Shown: positions 1-11,029 of the stretch, in pieces
Layout of the letters: each line of letters opens with the position of its first letter
How positions within the stretch are numbered: the first letter of the stretch is position 1
Assembly: GCA_023231475.1 (NCBI GenBank)
Contig: JALJEE010002047.1
Span: 1-64,000, forward strand
Length of the DNA stretch: 64,000 nucleotides
Origin: Seison nebaliae
Lineage: Eukaryota
Reading direction: 5' to 3'
The notes under the pieces: model-generated
Told to the model about the DNA's origin: nothing
The model's database searches: none
Seen by the model: only the letters and a program-made list of their open reading frames with translations
Made by a program: the position numbers and the translations under genes

Positions 1-500
1 TTATTCCATACGTTTTGCTTATTGTTAATCTTATTGTTCTCATTAACAACAGGAATGGAAACAATGGAATCATGAGAAGTTAACTTATCAGAAATTGTTT
101 TATACATATTTCTCAAGTTATCTTGCTCAACAATATTGGAATCAAATTTTTCATTGATTTCCGTCAATTTTTCGAATAGAGCCGCAATGTCCTTCTTGTG
201 CTCCACATTCTCCGAAATCAAACGATTTAGTTTTAATTCAATGGATACCAATTCCGATTTTTTGATGGAGCAAATACCATCAGGTCCTGGACCCAAGCAG
301 GTTCTTTTATTCGTGGAAGGTGTACAGATATTTTTAGAACCTTTCGGTCTTCCCCTTCCTCTCTTGCCTTCACCATTTGGCTTTTCCGCCGCTCCGGAAC
401 TATTATTCATAACACAATCAACATTATTGTCAATTTCGGACAACTCTTCGTCGTCCCCATCATCAGAATTATTAAACAATTTATTAATATCCATACACAT
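1..500 (-). CDS. Open-ended ORF (at least 166 aa, runs off the window) with acidic N-terminus, AT-hook and coiled coil; probably non-LTR retrotransposon ORF1
   Basis: Hand translation from ATG at 500 gives MCMDINKLFNNSDDGDDEELSE...KRGRGRPKGSKN...IELKLNRLISENVEHKKDIAALFEKLTEINEKF with no stop down to position 1. It is absent from the ORF track because it is open at the edge. RGRPK is the AT-hook core. The ORF1 call is inference from architecture shared with the relic at 12072-12500. Confidence 0.5.
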   Translation of the reverse strand, partial: MCMDINKLFNNSDDGDDEELSEIDNNVDCVMNNSSGAAEKPNGEGKRGRGRPKGSKNICTPSTNKRTCLGPGPDGICSIKKSELVSIELKLNRLISENVEHKKDIAALFEKLTEINEKFDSNIVEQDNLRNMYKTISDKLTSHDSIVSIPVVNENNKINNKQNVWN

Positions 501-2370
501 ATTAAAAAAGAGATTTATATCTTCCAATTTATATCTTCCAATTATAAATTTTAATGCAATTAAATTTAAATATTTTTGTTTTGTAAAAATAGTTTAAACT
601 TGTATGGATTAAACAGTAAAAATTTGTAGGGACGTTACTAGGATGTAGTCATCCGTTCCACTGAGCGTTCATGTTTAGTGTTGTGAAAATACGATTTTTC
701 CACCTTCCGTTATTTAAAGGGCATTATATATTGTAAAAAACAATGAGGACAATAACAAGGTCCAACATATGGTAGCAGCGACGGGACGGTCAACTCCCGT
801 AGAAAGAAACAAAGAATAAAGATGTTTCGGGAAATGTTTCGGAGAAATACGACCGAAAAACTCGAAGAGATTCAAAAACAAAAGAAGAAGGTCCTGGAAA
901 TCATCAACAACGTTCGAAAATTAGAGATTGAACGAGGTGTTACCAAAGTAAAGGAAACAATAAATCACATAAATTCACTTTAGGATTCTATCCTGGACGA
1001 TGCGATACCACGCGTGGAACTCCTTGCCTTGGTAGTAGGGCCCCTACTCCTTCCTACTGCACTGCAGTAGCTGTAGACCTTAGTAGCCTTTAGAAACAAT
1101 TCCAACTTTTCGCGATGGAGATTTTGAAACTTGATATGAAACAGTATATCATAGGTTGGGTTATTTTGATTTGCCTGAAATAGAAAAAAAGGTAGACTTA
1201 TCCAACTTTTAATAATTACCTTACAATAGTGTGTTATATAGTACATTGTTAGTTAATAAATTACCTTAGGGATACCTACGCTAATAACGATGAATATATC
1301 TCATGCAATAGAAAGTTTTTTTGGTGATTCCATTTTTTAAACGATTACATAAAAATAAAATTAATTAATAAAATAATAATAAAATAGAAATTAAATATAT
1401 TTATTTGTAACAAAACTTGATGGGGAAAATTTGAGGAATTTTAAAATTCGAACATGAAATAGGAAAGTGAAGAATAATAATAAGATTTGAATTTGAATTA
1501 ATCAATATTCTTCGTCTTATATTATATTTTGAGTAGTGGACCAGATAAACCTCTTTCATCCTGAGGTAATTGAATTGAATGTTGCAATTCGAATAACCTA
1601 ATCGACAATGGGAATATCTACAATAAGTCCTCCAATGACGAACGTAATGGTACAATGAATCCGGTTGCTTGTCCAGCCAAACGTCTCCCAGATGTTCCCT
1701 ATAAGAACGACGTTGTCGGAAATACTGTTCGAGTAGTGTTCTTGTTCAAATCACCTCTTGGCCTCATAATGTGACGTGAGGCCAAATCGAGGAGTAACCA
1801 TCAATCCGCCTAATGGCAGAAAGTACACCTATCAATGTTCAAACATACATATAATTTCAATGGTTGTCGGTCAACGACAACCCGGATGTATGCGTCAATC
1901 CTTTATAAACCTGATCAAATTGGACATCCTTCTCATTCGATCATCAACCGATTGAACGAAGTTCGGTCAATGAAAATTGTCGATTTTAAATTTTTTAAAG
2001 TAAATACTGAAAGATGAAATGTTTTTGCGCTTCTTATATCTATCGAGCTACAATGATCAACCGTACATAACGAATTTCCTATTGTTGCGCTTCTTACAAG
2101 TTAGTCACTATTGTTAGTCTTCTTTTATTAATAATTTATTTCTTATTTTTAATTTAGGTTGAATCATAAATACAGCGATTTTAAATTTATTTGTAAGTTC
2201 ATAGTTTATGAAAAATTCACCTATAATTTTTTCACCAAAGATTAAATTTGAAAATTAGATCGAAATTAAAAACTAGTTATTAAATAAGAAGATTTTTTCA
2301 GTCTTGCATGTTCGATCCTGTTGCAATGCAGTGTCCTAGTGATATTTCGAACTCGTTTCTTCCTCTTATG

Positions 2371-2580
2371 TTAGTTAATAGTGCTGAATTACGTATTGCA
2401 TTATCGTGTATGAATGTTTATAAGTCACATGGTGAAGGTGGTGTCTGTTTATGTATAATCTCTTATATGAAAGAACGTTGATTAGAATTATTGGTTGATT
2501 ACATCAATAAAATTCTTCTCGGCAATGTGGATTTCAGTTATTTGAGAGGCTTCTCAATTACTCCAGTCTATAAGGGCATT
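2371..2580 (+). mobile_element. Degraded LINE ORF2 fragment (region just N-terminal to the RT core)
   Basis: Frame from 2371 reads LVNSAELRIALSCMNVYKSHGEGGVCLCIISYMKER*LELLVDYINKILLGNVDFSYLRGFSITPVYKG. This fits the LINE pattern E..AL..M...KS.G.DG.....L..L.N..L..G......ITPVYK. There is one in-frame stop. Confidence 0.55.
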
Positions 2581-3066
2581 ATTTTCCCTTTCAATTTATT
2601 TAGTTTTCAAATGATTTTCGAATATTGATAAGGATTATCATATTTGATATAACCTTATCTCGTTATTTTCACCCTGCATTAGATTATTCCTTCTAGGGAG
2701 ATTGTTCATCATTCTTGAATGATTATCCCATGGTTTGCCCAATGTATGTATAGTAAAAACACAATTAAATTAATTAAATTAATTATGATTTATAATTTAT
2801 AATTAATTAATACTTTAATTTAGTTGTTATTTAGGGTGGAGAAAAGTGCATTCAGTTGATAATAGGATGAGAAAATGACCGTTTGTTCTGGACAATATTG
2901 TTCTTGAGATTATTTGTCTTTCAAAAGTTTTAGATGGATGAGACACATAAATCTTAGTATCATCGAAAGCAGAATAAAATTTTGCATTTTTAGCTTTTTG
3001 AAATTAAAGGAGACTTTTAATTAGTTGGTGGAAAGAAGGAATATAAGAATCGTTTGGATAACAATT

Positions 3067-3405
3067 ATGGGTGGTCATTGGAAGTTTCCGGATATTCCTG
3101 ATTATAAGACTTTCAGAGTGAACGGAATTCCAGAATTGGAGCAACATGTGCAAAAATTATCAGTAAGAGGATTGAAAGATCCATGGATTAGGTGAATTCT
3201 ATTTATTTTTAAATAAACTTTATGTTTTCTTTGCAGGAATGAAGCTTGGCGATTCGATCCGAAATTGGGATACGTGAAAAGTCGAACGAATCTAATTCGA
3301 GGAGTGACATTGGGAATGCCATTAGGTTTTGCTATCGCTCTTCTTTGTTACGGATTGAAGAGACAATATGTGAAAACGTATTATGGCGATCAAACTCATC
3401 ACTAA
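3067..3405 (+). CDS. NDUFB3: NADH dehydrogenase (ubiquinone) 1 beta subcomplex subunit 3 (B12); 2 exons, intron 3192-3236
   Basis: Spliced translation MGGHWKFPDIPDYKTFRVNGIPELEQHVQKLSVRGLKDPWIR|NEAWRFDPK...GMPLGFAIALLCYGLK...HH*. It contains the family motif GLKDPWxRNEAWR and a C-terminal TM helix. The 45-nt intron is GTGAAT...TGCAG. Confidence 0.93.
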
Positions 3406-4013
3406 ATATTGGTTGAGATTGTCGATTTATTTAACTTCTATTAAATTTCTCTCCCCCAATAACAACAACAACATCAACTTGTGGAATTAGTATCAGGACA
3501 GAATATTTCATTTTAGAATTTTTTGAATAAAGAAATTATTTTTTCGTTCGTTTTATTTCAAAAAAAAAAAAGGTTTGGACGAGTTTATTTGATAAATAAA
3601 ATTCGTTTAATATTTTAATGAAATTTTTTGTGAAAATTAGAAAAAAAAGATTATAAATATTTTCTATTTAAAATTTCATATCGTCAAAATTGTCTCAAAT
3701 ACGTGAATTGTCTGTATTATGTTATTGATTATGTTTGAGAAAGAATCAATTGGAAGAAATTCAAATTTTTGTATCGAAATTATGAGTTGTGCATAATTGG
3801 TGCATTGTCGCTAATATCGTTCTGATGAGATTTGGAGTTCGATTGATGAATGTTAATGATGTGACAGATATCGGATAATATGAATACACTTGATTCGTTC
3901 GACAATTGAATGGAGAGAATGTTCATAAAAAAGAAGTAATATGTTTTCCTAATAAAATTTCAATTCTTTTTCAATTTTCAATTCTCCATTTCCCCAAATA
4001 TCGCTCCAATTGA

Positions 4014-4694
4014 ATGGCGCGTGTCAATAAACGAATTGGAGATTCGTTGAAACAATTGAATGACAATAATACTACTCCACATCGAAGTTTCACTTCAATT
4101 CGACCTCTCTCCTCTTGTTTATTCCTAATCGATAAAAGAACCTGAAACGAAGAAGGGAGTCACCAGTAACCGATCACATTCCATCGTCGTCTATCCGAAC
4201 GAAAAGAGACCAGCCGATGTCGTTTCTTCCGCGAAAACTGAAAGCGGTTTCTCTCCAATATCATCACTACTTTCTACTTATTATTATTGATAGTCGAACG
4301 ACCAGGAGTACGATCTTCTTCTTTAACAAACTATCGATACTCATCATCATCCCAACGACCATCATATGTCCAACGTCCACAAGTTCTCCTTCTCTTTTTT
4401 GACCTCTTATTTCTGGAAATGAATTAGGTGACTTCAGTCCCGGAGAATGTACAAGCCAATTTTATAGAACCGATCGAAGTTAAAGACGTGACGCCATGGA
4501 AGAGAGATGGTTATCGAATCGACTTTCCTGCTAATCGAGCTATCATCATACATCGAACGATTAATGCCAAACGAGAAATTCGAAGTATCTTCAACGAATT
4601 GTTAGAGCAGAGAGCAGCCGATTCCCTCCGTAACTACAGTAACTTATTAGCGATGGCGGAGAGGAAACAACATGCGACACATAAACGCATATAA
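4014..4694 (+). CDS. Uncharacterised 178-aa protein; 4 exons (4014-4086, 4139-4246, 4294-4382, 4428-4694)
   Basis: Removing three short GT-AG introns (52, 47 and 45 nt) gives a continuous frame MARVNKRIGDSLKQLNDNNTTPHR|KPETKKG...KTES|VERPGVRSSS...QRPQ|VTSVPENVQANF...HKRI*. I recognise no family. Confidence 0.7.
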
Positions 4695-5452
4695 AAATCC
4701 AATTTTGAACTAACAGCTTCTTTCCAAAACCACTTTTTCATTCTCATTTGTCAACGTCACTCACGTTGATAAAATTGAAGAAATGTCGTTTCTAAATATA
4801 CTTAAATGATCTCTTACGATGTCTCTATTCTCTTCCGGTCGAGACGGATATCTACTTGCGAACTCTATAATCAATTTTCTTTTTTTCATTCTCTCATTAT
4901 TATTATTATTATTATTATTGTAATGATAAAATCGATTATTCTCAATTAATTATTCTCTTATGACATTTCCACATAATTTCTGATTTCTTTTAAAAATTTT
5001 GTCAAAAATTTTTCGTTTCTTATTTTCAATTAAGTCAATTTTCAAAATAGTGTGGGAAGTGATAATAGGAAATTTCTTTTCTTTTAACAATCTCACTTAA
5101 TGATGGCGACGAGTTTATAAAAAGAAAATGTAAAAGAGAATTTATACGATTTTCATCTCAATTCTATTTTTTCCTTTTTAATCCTTCATTTCATTGCTCC
5201 TTCGACTTTTGGTCATTGTTATTTGTACTGCATCTGCACATAAACGATATCAATTCTCTCCCTACTCCCTCCTCGTCCACTCTACTACTCTGACTTCTAA
5301 TCGATCTACTTTCCAATTCTCTCTAAAACACAAAAGATTTGACTTGTTCATGTTTGTATATATTGAGTGTCTTCCTTAATTATTCCTCTCCTCATCATAT
5401 CTTCCCCTCCTCTCAACACACGTCAGAAACACACACGAAAGTTATGAGTTAG

Positions 5453-6614
5453 ATGATCCTCCTCTTTCACCATCGTTACACATCTACTTTCCCCTCTCCA
5501 ACAATAGATTTCCAAAATATTATCTTCTCGAGCAAAATTGTTTTGCTTCTGCAAACAATTCTGTTCGTCAATGGCGAAGAGACGAAAGCTGATCCTCTAC
5601 CCGAAAAGTTTCATCGACGCGAATACTCTCTCACTCTACCATATAACGATCTTCATTGGGACGTGAGTGGCGACGCCATCATTACCAATCGATATATTCG
5701 TCTCACTTCAGATGAGAAGAGTAAAAATGGAGCTTTATGGTCGACGACGGTTCGCTTCTATTCTCTTTCATTAATTCTTCTTTTTGCTGTAGAGGAATCG
5801 AATGCAGAATTGGCAGATCGAACTCGAATATTCGATATCTGGTCACGGGAAACATTTGAGTGGAGATGGGATCGCATTTTGGTATAGTCCGAACGGTCAA
5901 AAATCTGGACCCGTTTTCGGCAACGAAGATTATTTCACTGGATTGGGAGTGTTCATTGATACGTATAATAATCAGCAACAAACCGTTCCATTTCCGTTTT
6001 TATTGAGGAGTATTCAAAAATTATTTATTCCATTCACATGTTTCATTTTGTAGAATGTCGTTTTTCCTTATTTGGTTGCAACAATTAATAACGGCTCGTC
6101 ACATTATGATGTGGGGAAGGATGGTTTCGATACGAAAATTGGTGGATGTGAATTGAATACGATACGTAATCGGAATGATTATGGAACGACACTTCTCATC
6201 ATTTCATATTATCAGAATACTTTGAGAATAGAAACGGACGAAACGGTACGTTCTGGTCGTCGTATATGCTTCTCTCGCAAAGGTGTCATTCTACCAAAAT
6301 CTTATTATTTTGGTGTATCGGCCGCTACCGGTGATCTGACTGATAATCATGATATATATTCAGTAAAAGCATTCGAATTCGAATCTACTGATACTGATAT
6401 GGGCACACTCGATCAACCATCCATCGATAATACTGTAGATCAAATCTTCAACGACGGAAGTGAAGGAAAGTCGAATGATAACGAGAAAAAATCGGGAGGT
6501 TTAGGAAGAATGCTCAAAATCTTCGCCATCATTCTCGTTGTGGCGGCAGTGGTTGTGGCACTAGTAATTTGGGCCCGTAATCATTTCTCCAATCAAACTA
6601 ATCGTTTGTTCTAA
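5453..6614 (+). CDS. LMAN2: L-type (legume-like) lectin cargo receptor, VIP36/LMAN2(-like); 3 exons, introns 5750-5792 and 5985-6053
   Basis: Motifs REYSL..PY, YIRLTSD.KSK.GALW, GDGIAFWY, GPVFG, GLGVFIDTY.N and YYFGVSAATGDLTDNHDI are present, followed by a single C-terminal TM helix and short tail. It lacks the long coiled stalk of ERGIC-53. Confidence 0.88.
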
Positions 6615-7024
6615 CTCTGAATAAGAAAATGAAATATCTTCAATGTTATGTGTCAGAATTATATCTGTCGAAATCAACAAAACAATTCTTCACAGACAAC
6701 TTGTCGAATGTTCGTGAGAAGAAAAAAAATTAGTTAAATCATTTTTTGTCAATTATAAAATCAGAACGTGGACAAGTTTAGAAAATCATGTTTTAAGGAA
6801 AATGAGAAATTAATTATTCTTCCAAACATTTTCCGTTTCCCCTTTTTTGTCATGATCTTTTCTCGTAACTCGAACACGACTGATTATCATCAGAACATCT
6901 GTCATAATCATTTCCTGTACAATTTATTATTTCCTTTCTCTGACCTGAATATTTATTTAAATTTATTTTCAGAAATAATTATTTCTCTCCACTCAACATC
7001 CATTCTTCTTCCACAAATCAGATA

Positions 7025-7864
7025 TTAACAGTATTTCGACAGCTGGAATTTATGTGCTCCAATAAAATATTTAGAGTTAAATGAGTAGAAAGTAGAATTT
7101 AATGTTATTTATATTATTCATAAGTAAATGACATCGAGTGAATGAAGGAGAAAAAAAGATAACTCGTTCAAGTAGGTGATGTTCGTACTTCTCACGATAT
7201 CTTCTTTCCCTGTTTCGTATAGATAAAAATTAATGTTTTAATGTCTGATTGATTATAATCTTTAAAAAATTGTTCGAATGTTAATTGTATGAAATATGGA
7301 ATAAAATTAAAATACTGTCGACAATTCCTTCCATTGTCTCTGACATATTCATAGTCTATTCTGACGTGTATTGATCGAACATACACGATGAGTTATCGAC
7401 CATTGTGTCGGATGACAAAAACCATACTCATTCACCTAAAATCTTTCAAATTCCCCATCGTTAACAAACGAGCTGATCCTCCTTAATAAATTATGAATTG
7501 TTATTCATCGAATGTGAAAATAATGGTGTTATGGAAGATTTATGATAAAAGAGTATCAACCGATCTGTTATTTATCAGATTGTAATCGTCGAGTTAGAAA
7601 TTAGGAGACCGTAAAAATTTTAAACTCAACTCATAAATGTAAGTAGAGTTACTTACCATTCTCTTTCTCAATTCAAATTCGAACCTAGCGTTAAAAGAGA
7701 AAGATTGTGAAGAAAACTAAAAGAATTATTATTATACAATATTAAATATAGTATTTGTTTGTGAATGTGAAGAATGATGATCTATGAATGATGGTGAAAA
7801 GTGGAATTCATATGATGTCCATATACATCGTCCGTGTCATGTCGTTACAAGAAGATAACATCGT
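7025..7864 (-). other. Putative chain of small 3' coding exons of the CEP295-like gene, ending ...ERRYREKYEHHLLERLSKYC*
   Basis: In-frame GT-AG-bounded segments lie at 7864-7827, 7684-7657, 7209-7164 and 7042-7025, with ambiguous micro-exons in between. The C-terminus resembles the ALMS motif that ends CEP295 proteins (from memory). The model is speculative. Confidence 0.35.
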
Positions 7865-7954
7865 CTAAAAAAAACTAGAATTATGAAAAGATTTTTTAAT
7901 TTTATTCTATTAATGATAAAAAATAATTGAAAATTTATATAACACAAAATCTCA

Positions 7955-10720
7955 TCAGGATTTAGAAGGTTTTGTTGGAGTGGAATGAAGATTATGATTC
8001 CCTCCAACAAGACGGTCACAAAGTGCCTCAGTTCGAAGAAAAGAAGAATCTGAAGAAATATTTATAAAATTTTTGTCAACATTTGTCGACGGACCACTGA
8101 TGGCGGATATGCCTGATATGAGTGAGAATGTTTCCGATTTGACACTTTCATTATCGTCGAATTTATCGGATGGTTTTTGTTCACTTTGTTGATCGTCCGA
8201 CAGATTATGGAGGGAATATTTGATCAGATTCTCTAATTCATTCAACTCATTCGATGCATCGTCAACATGGTGAAGTTGATTAGTTGATTTGTCGATATTT
8301 GTGATTCGAGTGAAATCCATTGATTGATCGATGGGAAACGGTGAAGAATCATTATCCAAATCATTGAGAATCGATTCCACTAATGTGGTGCGGAGTGAAG
8401 TAGATTGATTAAATGTCTCAGCATTTCGTTTACTTGTTGTTTCACTGATATCCATTGATTCATCCACGTCATGACAAGATGTGAAATCGCTACAAGTGAG
8501 ATCATCTAATAATGATTTGGCTAAACTGAATTTATCTTCATCTATTTGATTTATTGTATGAGAAGAAATAGGAATCTGAGAAGAAATAGGATGGAGTGAA
8601 ATAGAATTCTTCTCGTTATTCTTTAAAATTAAATCATTATTAAGATTAATATTGTTGTTGTTGTTGTTTGTTTGAGAGTGATGATTTAATTGATTGATAG
8701 ATATATTTGATTTGATCGATTGATTTTTATTAATTGAAGAATTGTCATTAGTAATGGATTGGAAAGAACCAGTTTGATCATCAGTAACTGAACTGAAATT
8801 ATTCTGTTGAACGATATTTGATGATTGAATGAGTAAGGATTCATTGGGAATATATTCGACATGTTCGACTATTTGAATTTGATCTTGAACATTTTTCATA
8901 AAATCATCTCCTAAAATTTTTCTGGTAATGAGACTTTGGTCAAGTGTGCGATTGATGAAAGTGGAATGATCGAATTGTTTGAACGAATCATTCTTCTTTT
9001 GAATAAAATGGAGAATCGTTTTCAATTCCTCTCGTTTGTCCTCGTCAATTAATGGATTAGTTGTCAAATTCTCTGCCAATTCCTCCAATTCTCTCTCATC
9101 CAACAACTTCAATTGTTTCATTGTCATGTTGAAAGATTCTTCCATATTCTCATCATATTCTGTTTGATTTTGGGAAAAGTCGTCCGATTCCTCTTCATTC
9201 AACGACACAATTCCTGATGATTCTCCATCGAATTGTGAGAGATGTTCAATTTCCATTCGTTTCTTCATATTTCTAATTTCTTCGATTAACGAATCTTCAT
9301 TTCTCGTTCCATCCGTAACAATCGACACATTTTCATTAACTTCTTCCTTCTCAGTCATGGTGAGATCGATATCAGTTTTCCATGAGTTCAATGTTCCATT
9401 GGAATTCGGTTGTGATTCCATCAACTTCTGATTTTCAATTAATCGTTTCATTGCCAATTGATCAGATTGATTAAAATTCTTTTTAAAATTTCGAATTCTT
9501 TCCATCGACTCACCTCTCTTCCTTCCTATTTCTATCTCTTTGTTCTTCTTTCCAACAATCTCTTCCACATTTCTACTCTCATTTTCACTTTCTTCACTTC
9601 CTCTTATCATTTCTTCAGTCCCTTTTACCATTTCTTTACTTCTTTCTATCATTTCCTTATTTTTATTAATAATTTCTTCATCTTCCAAATCACTTAATTC
9701 CAATTCATCAATTCGATTCATTTCATTCATTCGATAACGTTCGTCCATTCTCATTCGGGAAGAGTTAGAGAAGGATGGTGTTGGAGCAACATGCATCATC
9801 TTCTCAAAATCTTTCTCCATCACTTCTTCCTTCCTATCTCTCTCCTTCTCAATATTTCCATCAGCACGAAAGATGGATGGTGGAAATTGTGCCATTTCAT
9901 TATGTAATTTCTGTCGCGATTCTCTTTCGGCCACTTGAACATCGTTCATGATATTCTCATAATCTTTCTCTAACAACTCCTTCTCCAACGCACGAAGACC
10001 ACGTACTCGTTTAAGAACGTTCGATTCTTCTTCATTTTTCTCTTTCTCCTCTTTTAATTCATTTTCAAATTCATTCATTTCAAGCGCCATCTCATAAGCA
10101 TTCTTTCCAAATCCATTCTCCATTCTCTCTACCGTCTCTTTTTTCAATTTCGATGATAATCGATTATTTCGTTTTAGGAATTCTTTCTCAGTATTCGTCT
10201 CCAATAATTCGATTGTTGATGATGGTAACGGATGTTCTAAGATCTTCAATCGTCTCTGATCTTCCGTTTTCTTTTGATTCTGTCGTAATATCAATTGATT
10301 CTCTTTCTCCTCTTGTTTCTTCTCGATTTCTTCATACACTTCATTTATAGCTCGTTCGAATCGAATCTTCTCCTTCTTCTTCATCGACTTCTTCTTCTCT
10401 TCTCGTCTCTTCATCTCTTCTTCTCTCTCCAATTCCAATTTCTTCAATTTCAATTCTCTCATTTTCTCTTCCTCTGCAATTCGACTCAAAATCTCATTCG
10501 ATTCATCGATCTTCTCACTCAATTCGATTTTCGTTGTAACAAATCGATTCTCCAACATCTTCTTCATATTCTCACATTTTTTCTTTCGATATCGGGAAAC
10601 CATCTCTCTCGAAACATTCTTCGATTGTTCTCGAAGTAATTGAAGTCGATAATTCTTCTTCCTCTTCACCTCCAAATCTTTCTGTCGCTTCTGCTCACCT
10701 TCACTTAACAAATTTATCAT
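7955..10720 (-). CDS. CEP295: CEP295/Ana1-like centriolar coiled-coil protein (921-aa ORF; possibly spliced to further 3' exons)
   Basis: The N-terminus LLSEGEQ...RKKNYRLQLLREQ and internal RVRGLRALEKE...IMNDVQ..ERESRQK...AQFPPSIF resemble the conserved N-terminal blocks of CEP295 (LSPNEE...RLLQVREQ; ARG.QA.KK...AQMPPQL). The rest is acidic/Asn-Ser low complexity. Confidence 0.68.
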   Translation of the reverse strand: MINLLSEGEQKRQKDLEVKRKKNYRLQLLREQSKNVSREMVSRYRKKKCENMKKMLENRFVTTKIELSEKIDESNEILSRIAEEEKMRELKLKKLELEREEEMKRREEKKKSMKKKEKIRFERAINEVYEEIEKKQEEKENQLILRQNQKKTEDQRRLKILEHPLPSSTIELLETNTEKEFLKRNNRLSSKLKKETVERMENGFGKNAYEMALEMNEFENELKEEKEKNEEESNVLKRVRGLRALEKELLEKDYENIMNDVQVAERESRQKLHNEMAQFPPSIFRADGNIEKERDRKEEVMEKDFEKMMHVAPTPSFSNSSRMRMDERYRMNEMNRIDELELSDLEDEEIINKNKEMIERSKEMVKGTEEMIRGSEESENESRNVEEIVGKKNKEIEIGRKRGESMERIRNFKKNFNQSDQLAMKRLIENQKLMESQPNSNGTLNSWKTDIDLTMTEKEEVNENVSIVTDGTRNEDSLIEEIRNMKKRMEIEHLSQFDGESSGIVSLNEEESDDFSQNQTEYDENMEESFNMTMKQLKLLDERELEELAENLTTNPLIDEDKREELKTILHFIQKKNDSFKQFDHSTFINRTLDQSLITRKILGDDFMKNVQDQIQIVEHVEYIPNESLLIQSSNIVQQNNFSSVTDDQTGSFQSITNDNSSINKNQSIKSNISINQLNHHSQTNNNNNNINLNNDLILKNNEKNSISLHPISSQIPISSHTINQIDEDKFSLAKSLLDDLTCSDFTSCHDVDESMDISETTSKRNAETFNQSTSLRTTLVESILNDLDNDSSPFPIDQSMDFTRITNIDKSTNQLHHVDDASNELNELENLIKYSLHNLSDDQQSEQKPSDKFDDNESVKSETFSLISGISAISGPSTNVDKNFINISSDSSFLRTEALCDRLVGGNHNLHSTPTKPSKS

Positions 10721-10778
10721 TTCTCTTATAATTCCTTCTCATTTATTTCTCTGAAAATCTCTCAATAAAACATGCTAC

Positions 10779-10792
10779 ATCTCTATGGCAAC
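10779..10792. promoter_or_regulatory. X-box (RFX binding site) about 60 bp upstream of the CEP295-like ATG
   Basis: ATCTCTATGGCAAC matches the 14-bp X-box consensus RTHNYYWTRRNRAC at every position. It is followed by a duplicated GGCAACCGAAAAA half-site. Confidence 0.55.
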
Positions 10793-11029
10793 CGAAAAAG
10801 GCAACCGAAAAAACTAAGGAAAGCTTAATAATCGAATTTTTTTTCTTAACAAAAATTTATTCCGCTTTTCTTAATAAAGAATTCGTTAAAAATTCATAGC
10901 TCCCCTCGAAATCATATTGCCATCAAACATATTAAAACGATTTATTTTTATTATTATTAGTGTAAACCCCTATCTTATAGGCCCTATAATATAGGCCCTA
11001 TACGGTAATTGATAAATAAAAATTAAAAA

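Noticed and set aside
136..597. 153-aa + strand ORF in the track
   Set aside because: It is the antisense shadow of the minus-strand AT-hook ORF (1-500) and has no recognisable features.
740..2020. Coding-like sequence with several short ORFs
   Set aside because: The frames I translated are broken by stops and show no recognisable motif. It may be decayed transposon DNA but cannot be supported.
2627..2659. Imperfect palindrome GATAAGG...CCTTATC
   Set aside because: It is short and AT-rich, as expected by chance at this composition.
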